DNA of 32,000 nucleotides from Mycobacterium tuberculosis H37Rv (GTDB lineage Bacteria; Actinomycetota; Actinomycetes; Mycobacteriales; Mycobacteriaceae): NCBI RefSeq assembly GCF_000195955.2, contig NC_000962.3, positions 3,930,001 to 3,962,000 of the forward strand, read 5' to 3'. Shown piece by piece: positions 1 to 19,900 of this stretch (position 1 is its first letter; each line of letters starts with the position of its first letter). The notes under the pieces were generated by a model. It saw only the letters and a program-made list of their open reading frames with translations, ran no database searches and was not told where the DNA came from. The position numbers and the translations under genes were made by a program.

Positions 1-714
1 CCCGCCGGCGGCAACGGCTCGGCCGGCGGGAAAGGCGGCGACGGCGGCAACATCGCCGCCGGTGCCACCGGCACCGCCGGCAACGGCGGGAACGGCGGCA
101 ACGGCAACGACGGCGCCGTCAACGCCGGCACCGGCGGCTCCGGCGGGAACGGCGGTAACGCCGGTGGCGGCGGCGCCAATGGCGGCGACGGCGGCGCCGG
201 CGGCGCCGGCGGGGCCGGCGGGCGTGGCGGCAAGGGCATCGACGGCGGGTTCGGCGGTGACGGCGGCAACGGCGGCAGCAACAACGGCACCGGCGCCGGT
301 GGCAACGGCGGCAACGGCGGCACCGGCGGGGTCGGCTCGGTTGGCGCGGCTGGTGGCGATGGCGGCAACGGCGGCACCGGCGGCTTCGCCGGTTTCGGCG
401 GCACCGCAGGCAATGGCGGTTCCGGCGGCACGGGCGGGGCCGGCGGCGACGGCGGCACCGGCGGGGACGGCGGCAACGGCGTTATCGCCGGCGGCGGGGG
501 GACCGGCGGCAACGGCGGCGCCAGCGGGGCCGGCGGCGCCGGCGGCACGGGCGGGTTCGCCGGCAACGGCAATGCCGGCGGCAATGGCGGCACCGGCGGC
601 GCGAGCGAGGACGGCGACAACGGCAACGCTGGCAGCGGCGCCACCGGCGGTACCGGCGGCAACGGCGGCACCGGCGGCGACGGCGGCGCTGCCGGGCTGG
701 GCGGCGTCGCGTGA
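1..714 (+). CDS. PE_PGRS53: PE_PGRS family protein, C-terminal PGRS part; the 5' end lies outside the window. Position fits PE_PGRS53 (Rv3507).
   Basis: Frame 1 is open from base 1 and reads Gly-rich [17 protein letters not shown]...GGDGGAAGLGGVA, with stop TGA at 712-714. It is missing from the ORF track because it has no start in the window. The listed 62..736 ORF is the Ala/Pro off-frame of the same repeats. Confidence 0.8.
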   Translation, partial: PAGGNGSAGGKGGDGGNIAAGATGTAGNGGNGGNGNDGAVNAGTGGSGGNGGNAGGGGANGGDGGAGGAGGAGGRGGKGIDGGFGGDGGNGGSNNGTGAGGNGGNGGTGGVGSVGAAGGDGGNGGTGGFAGFGGTAGNGGSGGTGGAGGDGGTGGDGGNGVIAGGGGTGGNGGASGAGGAGGTGGFAGNGNAGGNGGTGGASEDGDNGNAGSGATGGTGGNGGTGGDGGAAGLGGVA

Positions 715-894
715 GGTTGACCGGCGATCACCGTAGCCAGCACGGCCCGTGACACCGGTCCGGCACGCCACCCTCGTCGTTCAGGTGGTGTCGCCACTCG
801 CGCTACACAACGCTTCACGGCACTCGTCGAGACTTATGCTCGAGTTCTGATACGTGGAGCAACTGTTTTGGCGTTCGACCCGTATTGCGCAGGT

Positions 895-1004
895 GGCGGT
901 ACTGGAAAACGTAGACGTGTTGGGCGGGTGACGAATAAGATCCTGGCCTAACTACTGCGTCAATTATGCCGCGGTGGCCGCGCCGTCCGGTTGGGAGTTC
1001 GCCC
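895..1004 (+). promoter_or_regulatory. Conserved PE_PGRS upstream leader/promoter block with a possible -10 TAAGAT at 936-941
   Basis: The block GGCGGTACT...GACGTGTTGGGCGGTG...AATAAGAT... aligns by eye with 9499-9616 upstream of PE_PGRS55 (GACGTATTGGGCGGGTG...AATTATGAT). The core motif sits at a similar distance from the start codon in both (91 vs 94 nt). The promoter assignment is inference. Confidence 0.45.
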
Positions 1005-6710
<5,706 letters not shown>

Positions 6711-6876
6711 GCTAACGGCAGCCCAAAGCGCCAGCAGCCACCCGACAACGCTGGGCGGCTACCCATGGCCCGTTGGCAGCACAGGCTGGCGATGGCCGTC
6801 CGACCGATAACACCCGGGCCATCGCATCCCCAGCACAACCAGCTGTCCTCGCGGGCTTATGCACGACGGGGGAGCA

Positions 6877-8424
6877 CTACCCCACAAGCGATGGCACCAC
6901 TACATCGATCAGATGCGGCCCGGGCTCGGCGAAGGCCGCGCGCAGGGCGTCGGCGAATTCCTCGCAGGTGGTGACACGACGTGCAGGAACACCCATACCT
7001 TCGGCGATCTTGACGAAATCCATTGTGGGACGCGATATATCAAGGAGATCCAGGGCCTTCGGGCCAGGATCCGACCCCGCGCCGACACGTTGCAGCTCGA
7101 TCCGCAGAATGTCGTAGGCGCCGTTGTTGTAGATGACGGTGGTGACGTCGAGGTTCTCCCGCGCTTGGCTCCACAATCCTGAAATCGTGTACATTGCCGA
7201 CCCGTCGGATTCCAGGCACAACACCGGGCGGTCGGGCGCGGCGACCGCGGCACCGACCGCAGCCGGGATGCCGTAACCGATTGCCCCGCCGGTCAGCGTA
7301 AGCCAGTCATGGGCCGGGGCCCCGGCGGTGGCCTGCGGCAGCAGGACACCACAAGTATTCGACTCGTCGACAACAATCGCCCGTTCCGGCAGCAACGCAC
7401 CGACCACATCGGCCGCCGACACCGACGTCAGGTCACCCGTCGGCAGCTGCGGACGTGACGCGCCCGCCACCGGGGCAACCGTCCCGGGCGCTACCTCGTC
7501 GGCCAACGCGGCCAGTGCGTCGGCCGCACCACCGGGTTCGGCAAGCACGTGCACCTCACAACCGGCCGGCACCAGGTCACTGGGCATACCCGGGTAGGCG
7601 AAAAACGACACCGGCGACCTGGCCCCGGCCAGCACGAGATGTTTGACCCCGTCCAGCTGGGCCGCGGCACCTTCAGCGAAATAGGCCAGCCGTTCGACGG
7701 CGGGGATACCGGCGCCACGTTCCAGGCACGTCGGAAACGTCTCGCATAACCAACGGGCCCCGGTTGCCTGCACGATCCGCGCAGCCGCGGTCAGCCCCGG
7801 CCCGCGGGTGGCATCCCCACCGATCAGCATCATGGCGGGTTCCCCTGAGCGCAGCACCCCAGCCACCGGCCCCACGTCCACTGGCGCCGCCGCCGCCTGA
7901 GCCGGCACGCCCGCGGCCGCGTGGGCACCGTCGCTCCAACACACATCCGCGGGCAGAATCAGCGTCGCGATCTGTGAACCTGACCGGCTGGCCGCAATGG
8001 CCGCTTCAGCGTCGGCCCCGACGTCGGCGGCAGCCTCCGTCCGGCGCACCCATCCCGAAACGGTGCCAGCGACCGCATCGATATCGGATTCCAGCGGGGC
8101 GTCGTACTTCTTGTGGTAAGTCGCGTGGTCTCCGACAACCACCACCATCGGCACCCGGGCACGGCGCGCGTTGTGCAGGTTGGCCAGGCCGTTGCCCAGT
8201 CCGGGGCCCAGATGCAGCAGCACCGCCGCCGGCCGGCCAGCAATGCGGGCATAACCGTCGGCGGCCCCGGTAGCCACGCCTTCGAACAGGGTCAGCATGC
8301 CACGCATGCGCGGGACGGCGTCTAGCGCCGCCACGAAATGCATTTCCGACGTGCCAGGGTTGGCGAAGCACACATCGACACCCCCGTCGACCAGGGTGTT
8401 GATCAGGGCCTGAGCACCGTTCAC
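6877..8424 (-). CDS. ilvX: Thiamine-diphosphate-dependent acetolactate-synthase-like enzyme, 515 aa
   Basis: ORF 6877..8424 with N-terminus MNGAQALINTLVDGGVDVCFANPGTSEMHF, typical of ThDP enzymes, and a C-terminal ThDP-binding region (GAIGYGIPAAVGAA...LESDGSAMYT...NNGAY). GTG start with GAGGAAAGG upstream. 515 aa as I recall for Rv3509c. Confidence 0.9.
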   Translation of the reverse strand: MNGAQALINTLVDGGVDVCFANPGTSEMHFVAALDAVPRMRGMLTLFEGVATGAADGYARIAGRPAAVLLHLGPGLGNGLANLHNARRARVPMVVVVGDHATYHKKYDAPLESDIDAVAGTVSGWVRRTEAAADVGADAEAAIAASRSGSQIATLILPADVCWSDGAHAAAGVPAQAAAAPVDVGPVAGVLRSGEPAMMLIGGDATRGPGLTAAARIVQATGARWLCETFPTCLERGAGIPAVERLAYFAEGAAAQLDGVKHLVLAGARSPVSFFAYPGMPSDLVPAGCEVHVLAEPGGAADALAALADEVAPGTVAPVAGASRPQLPTGDLTSVSAADVVGALLPERAIVVDESNTCGVLLPQATAGAPAHDWLTLTGGAIGYGIPAAVGAAVAAPDRPVLCLESDGSAMYTISGLWSQARENLDVTTVIYNNGAYDILRIELQRVGAGSDPGPKALDLLDISRPTMDFVKIAEGMGVPARRVTTCEEFADALRAAFAEPGPHLIDVVVPSLVG

Positions 8425-9257
8425 GTCTGCACCTTTCCTCGTGGGTCCAGCTTGAATACCCGCACAGCGTTGCCGTGCAGAAAGTCGCGACGAGCTTCGT
8501 CGCTTAGCCCCAGTTCGTCAAGACCGGTCAGGGCGTGCGTGTGGGCGATCATCGGGTAATTGGTACCAAACAGCACCTTGCGCTGTCCCGTGTCGGTTTT
8601 CATGAACCGCACCAGCTTCCCGGGCAGCCGCTTGATGGTGTAGGCCGAGGTGTCGATGTAGACATTCTCGTGTTTGCGGGCGACCGCGACCATCTCCTCG
8701 GTCCACGGATAGCCGACATGTCCGCACACGATCACCAGTTCCGGAAAGTCCAACGCCACCTGGTCGATGTAGGGAATGGGGCGTCCGGTCTCCGACGGCC
8801 GCAGCGGGCCGGTGTGACCAACCTGGGTGCAGAACGGCACCGCGGACTGCACGCATTCGGCGAACAACGGATAGTAGCGGCGGTCGGTCGGCGGGGCGCC
8901 CCATAGCCAAGGCACCACCCGCAGGCCGACGAACCCCTCACCGACTCGGCGCCTCAACTCCCGGACGGCCGCCATCGGGCGATCCAGGTCGACCGCCGCC
9001 AGACCGGCAAAACGGTTGGGGTACAACCGGACCCATTCCGCAACAGCGTCATTAGAGATGAGGTCCTGGCCGTTGGGGCCACGCCAGGCGCTGAGCAAAC
9101 CCAGGGTGACGCCGCCGGCGTCCATCGAGGAGACGGTCGCTTCGATCGGGATGTCGGTCTCCGGGATAGACCCACCGGTCCACCGGCGCAGCGAGGCGAA
9201 CATATCGCCGTGTAGGAACCGTTGCGTCGGATGCTGCATCCACACATCGATGGTCAT
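8421..9257 (-). CDS. Rv3510c: Amidohydrolase-2 (ACMSD/LigW-like metal-dependent hydrolase/decarboxylase) family protein, 278 aa
   Basis: ORF 8421..9257 with ATG start. The family call rests on overall resemblance (MTIDVWMQHP... and later HxGxP / DTS segments). Its stop overlaps the ilvX start in the tetranucleotide GTGA at 8421-8424. Confidence 0.85.
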   Translation of the reverse strand: MTIDVWMQHPTQRFLHGDMFASLRRWTGGSIPETDIPIEATVSSMDAGGVTLGLLSAWRGPNGQDLISNDAVAEWVRLYPNRFAGLAAVDLDRPMAAVRELRRRVGEGFVGLRVVPWLWGAPPTDRRYYPLFAECVQSAVPFCTQVGHTGPLRPSETGRPIPYIDQVALDFPELVIVCGHVGYPWTEEMVAVARKHENVYIDTSAYTIKRLPGKLVRFMKTDTGQRKVLFGTNYPMIAHTHALTGLDELGLSDEARRDFLHGNAVRVFKLDPRGKVQT

Positions 9258-9498
9258 CGCGTTTCAGACTGTAGCCGCCCGGGCGGCGACTACCCGCGGC
9301 GACGCTGCAGATCATCGCCCGGCCAGGGTGCTACCAGGTTGCTGCCATCCCCGAATGTTCGCGGTCGGAGGGCGACGCGACGTGTTGAAACGCCGTACGT
9401 TCGGGCCTTCCCGCGAGAAGCCCTAGCCGCCCGAGATTGTCCCTCCCGGCGTTCGTGGCCACGCGGTGCTTCGCCTTTTTGCCCATCCCAAATTACAC

Positions 9499-9616
9499 GG
9501 GTGGTACTCACGAGAAAGCTTGGACGTATTGGGCGGGTGCTGAATTATGATCCCGACACAACTGCATCAATTTAGCCGCGTCGTGATGCTATCCGCCGAC
9601 GGTTTGGAGCTGGTCC
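9499..9616 (+). promoter_or_regulatory. Conserved PE_PGRS upstream leader/promoter block with a possible -10 TATGAT at 9546-9551
   Basis: Homologous by eye to 895-1004. GACGTATTGGGCGGGTG at 9523-9539 lies 94 nt before the GTG start at 9617. Confidence 0.45.
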
Positions 9617-14963
<5,347 letters not shown>

Positions 14964-15091
14964 TCGCGATGGGCCCAGCGGCCGCGATGGTGCGCCGGGC
15001 GTCCGCCGGCGAGTGGTCCAGCCAGATTTGACGACAAACGGCGACCCAGCGGTATCCCCCAGCCGCGGCGCCATAGCCGCGACCCGCGCAA

Positions 15092-15748
15092 TCAGGAACC
15101 GCTCGTCACGTGTCCCGCATGCACGTCATCGGCTGGCCGCGCCTCGGTCTGCTCCTTGGCCCAGCGGTAGTCCGGCTTACCGGCGGGCGAACGCTTCACC
15201 TCGTCGACAAACCACAGACTGCGCGGCACTTTGTAGCCCGCGATCTCGGAGCGCACGAACGAGTCCAACTCGGCCAACGACGGCCGACAACCCGGCCGGG
15301 CCTGCACCACGGCGGCCACCTGCTGGCCGTAACGCGGATCGGGCACCCCGACCACCAGAGCGTCGAACACGTCGGGATGCCCCTTCAAAGCGGCCTCGAC
15401 CTCTTCGGGGTAGACCTTCTCGCCGCCGCTGTTGATCGACACCGAGCCACGACCCAGCATGGTGACCGTGCCGTCCTCCTCGACTTGGGCGTAGTCCCCC
15501 GGAATGGCGTAGCGCACACCGTTAATCGTCCGGAACGTCTCGGCCGTCTTCTTCTCGTCCTTGTAGTAGCCGACGGGAATGTTGCCCTTCTTGGCGAGCG
15601 TGCGCGCGGGTCGCACTGCTTGGCGCCTGGTGCACCGGTCGCCGGGCGGCTCCTCCCCAGGGCGCTCCAGGTTCGTTGCGGCATTACCAGAAAGCCGGCA
15701 CATATTAGATGAGTGGCAACTAAGGTTCTCACTTAAAGATGCCGCCAT
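15092..15748 (-). CDS. fadD18: Truncated, chimeric acyl-CoA synthetase remnant, 218 aa: only the C-terminal subdomain is present, so it is probably non-functional
   Basis: ATG at 15748-15746 and stop at 15094-15092. About 166 codons inside the 500-bp block 15098-15597 are identical to the fadD19 3' end. The N-terminal 51 codons ([35 protein letters not shown]...) have no adenylate-forming motifs. The 1106-aa track ORF is an artefact that runs on into PE_PGRS57 antisense. Confidence 0.6.
   Translation of the reverse strand: MAASLSENLSCHSSNMCRLSGNAATNLERPGEEPPGDRCTRRQAVRPARTLAKKGNIPVGYYKDEKKTAETFRTINGVRYAIPGDYAQVEEDGTVTMLGRGSVSINSGGEKVYPEEVEAALKGHPDVFDALVVGVPDPRYGQQVAAVVQARPGCRPSLAELDSFVRSEIAGYKVPRSLWFVDEVKRSPAGKPDYRWAKEQTEARPADDVHAGHVTSGS
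15098..15597 (-). repeat. Segmental duplication block B, copy 1 (partner 20830..21329)
   Basis: 500 bp at offset 5732. I checked both boundaries base by base. Translations of the two copies are identical ([15 protein letters not shown]...HAGHVTSG). Confidence 0.95.
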
Positions 15749-15793
15749 ATCGGCCGTGGTTGCACCGGCGCAAAGATGGTTGGGAGTTCGCCC
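15688..15793 (+). promoter_or_regulatory. Diverged PE_PGRS leader upstream of PE_PGRS57 with a possible -10 TAAGGT at 15721-15726
   Basis: CAGAAAGCCGGCACATATTAGATGAGTGG matches the PE_PGRS55 leader GAGAAAGCTTGGACGTATTGGGCGGGTG at about 19 of 28 positions by eye. The hexamer-to-ATG spacing is similar to PE_PGRS54. The region is locally AT-rich. Confidence 0.3.
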
Positions 15794-16918
15794 ATGTCGT
15801 TCGTGTTGATCGCACCGGAATTCGTGACAGCAGCCGCGGGGGATCTGACGAATCTGGGTTCGTCGATTAGCGCGGCCAACGCGTCGGCAGCCAGTGCGAC
15901 CACGCAGGTGCTGGCTGCGGGCGCCGATGAGGTGTCTGCCCGTATTGCGGCGCTGTTCGGCGGGTTTGGCCTGGAGTACCAGGCGATTAGTGCGCAGGTG
16001 GCGGCCTACCACCAGCGGTTTGTGCAGGCCTTGAGTACCGGCGCGGGCGCATATGCCTCGGCCGAGGCCGCCGCCGCTGAGCAGATCGTGCTGGGCGTGA
16101 TCAATGCGCCCACCCAGGCGCTGCTGGGGCGCCCGTTGATCGGTGACGGCGCCAATGCGACGACTCCCGGCGGGGCCGGCGGGGCCGGCGGTCTGCTGTT
16201 CGGCAACGGCGGGGCCGGGGCAGCCGGGGCGCCCGGCCAGGCCGGCGGGCCTGGCGGGCCCGCCGGATTGTGGGGCAACGGCGGGCCCGGCGGGGCCGGC
16301 GGCAGCGGTGGGGGCACCGGCGGTGCCGGCGGCGCCGGTGGGTGGCTGTTCGGGGTTGGCGGCGCCGGCGGTGTCGGTGGGGCCGGTGGCGGCACCGGCG
16401 GGGCGGGTGGGCCCGGTGGTTTGATCTGGGGCGGCGGCGGGGCCGGCGGTGTCGGTGGGGCCGGTGGCGGCACCGGCGGGGCCGGCGGCCGCGCCGAGCT
16501 GCTGTTCGGCGCCGGCGGTGCGGGTGGGGCGGGCACCGACGGCGGGCCCGGTGCTACCGGCGGGACCGGCGGACACGGCGGAGTCGGCGGCGACGGCGGA
16601 TGGCTGGCACCCGGCGGGGCCGGCGGGGCCGGCGGGCAAGGCGGGGCAGGTGGTGCCGGCAGCGATGGTGGCGCGTTGGGTGGTACCGGCGGGACGGGCG
16701 GTACCGGCGGCGCCGGTGGCGCCGGCGGTCGCGGCGCACTGCTGCTGGGCGCTGGCGGACAGGGCGGCCTCGGCGGCGCCGGCGGACAAGGCGGCACCGG
16801 CGGGGCCGGCGGAGATGGCGTTCTGGGGGGTGTCGGTGGCACTGGTGGTAAGGGCGGTGTCGGCGGCGTGGCTGGCCTCGGCGGGGCCGGTGGTGCCGCG
16901 GGCCAGCTCTTCAGCGCC
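15778..16918 (+). repeat. Segmental duplication block A, copy 2 (partner 989..2129)
   Basis: See copy 1. Identity starts 16 bp upstream of the ATG at 15794 and ends at 16918. Confidence 0.95.
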
Positions 16919-19900
16919 AGCGGAGCGGCCGGTAACGCCGGTGTCGGCGGGGCCGGCGGCCAAGGCGGTGACGGCGGAGCCGGCGGGGCCGGCGCCGACG
17001 CCGACCAGCCCGGCGCCACCGGCGGCACCGGGTTCGCCGGTGGAGCCGGCGGAGCCGGCGGGGCCGGCGGTAGCAGCGGTGCCGGCGGCACCAACGGCTC
17101 CGGCGGCGCCGGCGGACAAGGCGGCGCCGGGGGTGCTGGCGGGGCCGGCGCCGATAACCCCACCGGCATCGGCGGCACCGGCGGTGACGGCGGCACCGGC
17201 GGAGCCGCCGGAGCCGGCGGGGCCGGCGGAGCGGCCGGCACCGGAGGCACCGGCGGCATGATCGGCACCACAGGCAACGCCGGTGTCGGCGGGGCCGGCG
17301 GCCAAGGCGGTGACGGCGGAGCCGGCGGGGCCGGCGCCGACGCCGACCAGCCCGGCGCCACCGGCGGCACCGGGTTCGCCGGTGGAGCCGGCGGGGCCGG
17401 CGGGGCCGGCGGTAGCAGCGGTGCCGGCGGCACCAACGGCTCCGGCGGCGCCGGCGGCACCGGCGGACAAGGCGGCGCCGGGGGTGCTGGCGGGGCCGGC
17501 GCCGATAACCCCACCGGCATCGGCGGCACCGGCGGTGACGGCGGCACCGGCGGAGCGGCCGGAGCCGGCGGGGCCGGCGGAGCGGCCGGCACCGGAGGCA
17601 CCGGCGGCATGATCGGCACCACAGGCAACGCCGGTGTCGGCGGGGCCGGCGGCCAAGGCGGTGACGGCGGAGCCGGCGGGGCCGGCGCCGACGCCGACCA
17701 GCCCGGCGCCACCGGCGGCACCGGGTTCGCCGGTGGAGCCGGCGGGGCCGGCAAGGCCGGCGGTAGCAGCAGTGCCGGCGGCACCAACAGCTCCGGCAGC
17801 GCCGGCGGCACCGGCAGACAAAGCGGCACCGGGGGTGCTGGCGGGGCCGGCGCCGATAACCCCACCGGCATCGGCGGCACCGGCGGTGACGGCGGCACCG
17901 GCGGAGCGGCCGGAGCCGGCGGGGCCGGCGGAGCGGCCGGCACCGGAGGCACCGGCGGCATGATCGGCACCACAGGCAACGCCGGTGTCGGCGGGGCCGG
18001 CGGTAGCAGCGGTGCCGGCGGCACCAACGGCTCCGGCGGCGCCGGCGGCACCGACGGACAAGGCGGCGCCGGGGGTGCTGGCGGGGCCGGCGCCGATAAC
18101 CCCACCGGCATCGGCGGCACCGGCGGTGACGGCGGCACCGGCGGAGCGGCCGGAGCCGGCGGGGCCGGCGGAGCGGCCGGCACCGGAGGCACCGGCGGCA
18201 TGATCGGCACCACAGGCAACGCCGGTGTCGGCGGGGCCGGCGGCCAAGGCGGTGACGGCGGAGCCGGCGGGGCCGGCGCCGACGCCGACCAGCCCGGCGC
18301 CACCGGCGGCACCGGGTTCGCCGGTGGAGCCGGCGGGGCCGGCGGGTCCGGCGGTAGCAGCTGTGCCGGCGGCACCAACGGCTCCGGCGGCGCCGGCGGC
18401 ACCTGCGGACAAGTCGTCGCCGGGGGTGCTGGCATCAGCTTCAGCAACGGCAGCAACGGCGGCACCGGCGGCACCGGGGGCGTGGGCGGCACCGGGGGCG
18501 ACGGCGGCAACGCAGGCACCGGCGCCGGCGACCCCGGCAAAGGCGGCACCGGCGGCACCGGCGGCACCGGCGGCAGCGGCGGGGCCGGCGGTAGCGGCGG
18601 GGCCAACTTCAACGGCGGCACCGGCGGCACCGGCGGCACCGGCGGCAAAGGCGGCCTAAACACCGACGGACTCAGCAGCGCCACCAGCGGCACCGGCGGC
18701 ACCGGCGGCACCGGCGGCAAAGGCGGCACCGGCGGGGCCGGCGACGACTCCGCCGGCGGGACCGGCGGCACAGGCGGGGCCGGCGGCAACGCCGGCGCCG
18801 GCGGCCTAGCCAACACCGGCGGCACCGCAGGCAACGCGGGCATCGGCGGTGACGGCGGCCAAGGCGGTAACGGCGGCCAAGGAGACAGCGGTTCCGGATT
18901 GGGCGGCCAGCCCGGCTTTGCCGGCGGGGCCGGCGGCAAAGGCGGGGCCGGCGGTAGCAGCGGTGCCGGCGGCACCAACGGCTCCGGCGGCGCCGGCGGG
19001 GCCGGCGGACAAGGCGGCGCCGGGGGTGCTGGCATCAGCTTCAGCAACGGCAGCAACGGCGGCACCGGCGGCACCGGGGGCGTGGGCGGCACCGGGGGCG
19101 ACGGCGGCAACGCAGGCACCGGCGCCGGCGACCCCGGCAAAGGCGGCACCGGCGGCACCGGCGGCACCGGCGGCAGCGGCGGGGCCGGCGGTAGCGGCGG
19201 GGCCAACTTCAACGGCGGCACCGGCGGCACCGGCGGCACCGGCGGCACCGGCGGCAAAGGCGGCATGGGCGGCATCGCTGGCGACGGCGGGCCCGGCGGT
19301 GACGGCGGCAACGCCGGGGTCGGAGGAAAAGGCGGCACCAACGGCAACGGCGGCAGCGGCGGGACCGGCGGCACAGGCGGGGCCGGCGGCAACGCCGGCG
19401 CCGGCGGCCTAGCCAACACCGGCGGCACCGCAGGCAACGCGGGCATCGGCGGTGACGGCGGCCAAGGCGGTAACGGCGGCCAAGGAGACAGCGGTTCCGG
19501 ATTGGGCGGCCAGCCCGGCTTTGCCGGCGGCCCCGGCGGCAAAGGCGGGGCCGGCGGCAACGCCGGCACCGGCGGCACCAACGGCTCCGGCGCCGGCGGG
19601 GCCGGCGGACAAGGCGGCGCCGGGGGTGCTGGCATCAGCTTCAGCAACGGCAGCAACGGCGGCACCGGCGGCACCGGGGGCGTGGGCGGCACCGGGGGCG
19701 ACGGCGGCAACGCAGGCACCGGCGCCGGCGACCCCGGCAAAGGCGGCACCGGCGGCACCGGCGGCACCGGCGGCAGCGGCGGGGCCGGCGGTAGCGGCGG
19801 GGCCAACTTCAACGGCGGCACCGGCGGCACCGGCGGCACCGGCGGCACCGGCGGCAAAGGCGGCATGGGCGGCATCGCTGGCGACGGCGGGCCCGGCGGT

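Noticed and set aside
6789..6825. 9-bp inverted repeat GCGATGGCC...GGCCATCGC between the convergent PE_PGRS54 and ilvX ends, a possible bidirectional terminator.
   Set aside because: The stem is short, the loop is 19 nt and there is no U/A tract on either side. That is too weak to call from sequence alone.
15092..18412. 1106-aa minus-strand ORF that appears to make fadD18 a giant protein.
   Set aside because: Only the last ~218 codons (from ATG 15748) relate to an acyl-CoA synthetase. Upstream it is the stop-free antisense of PE_PGRS57.
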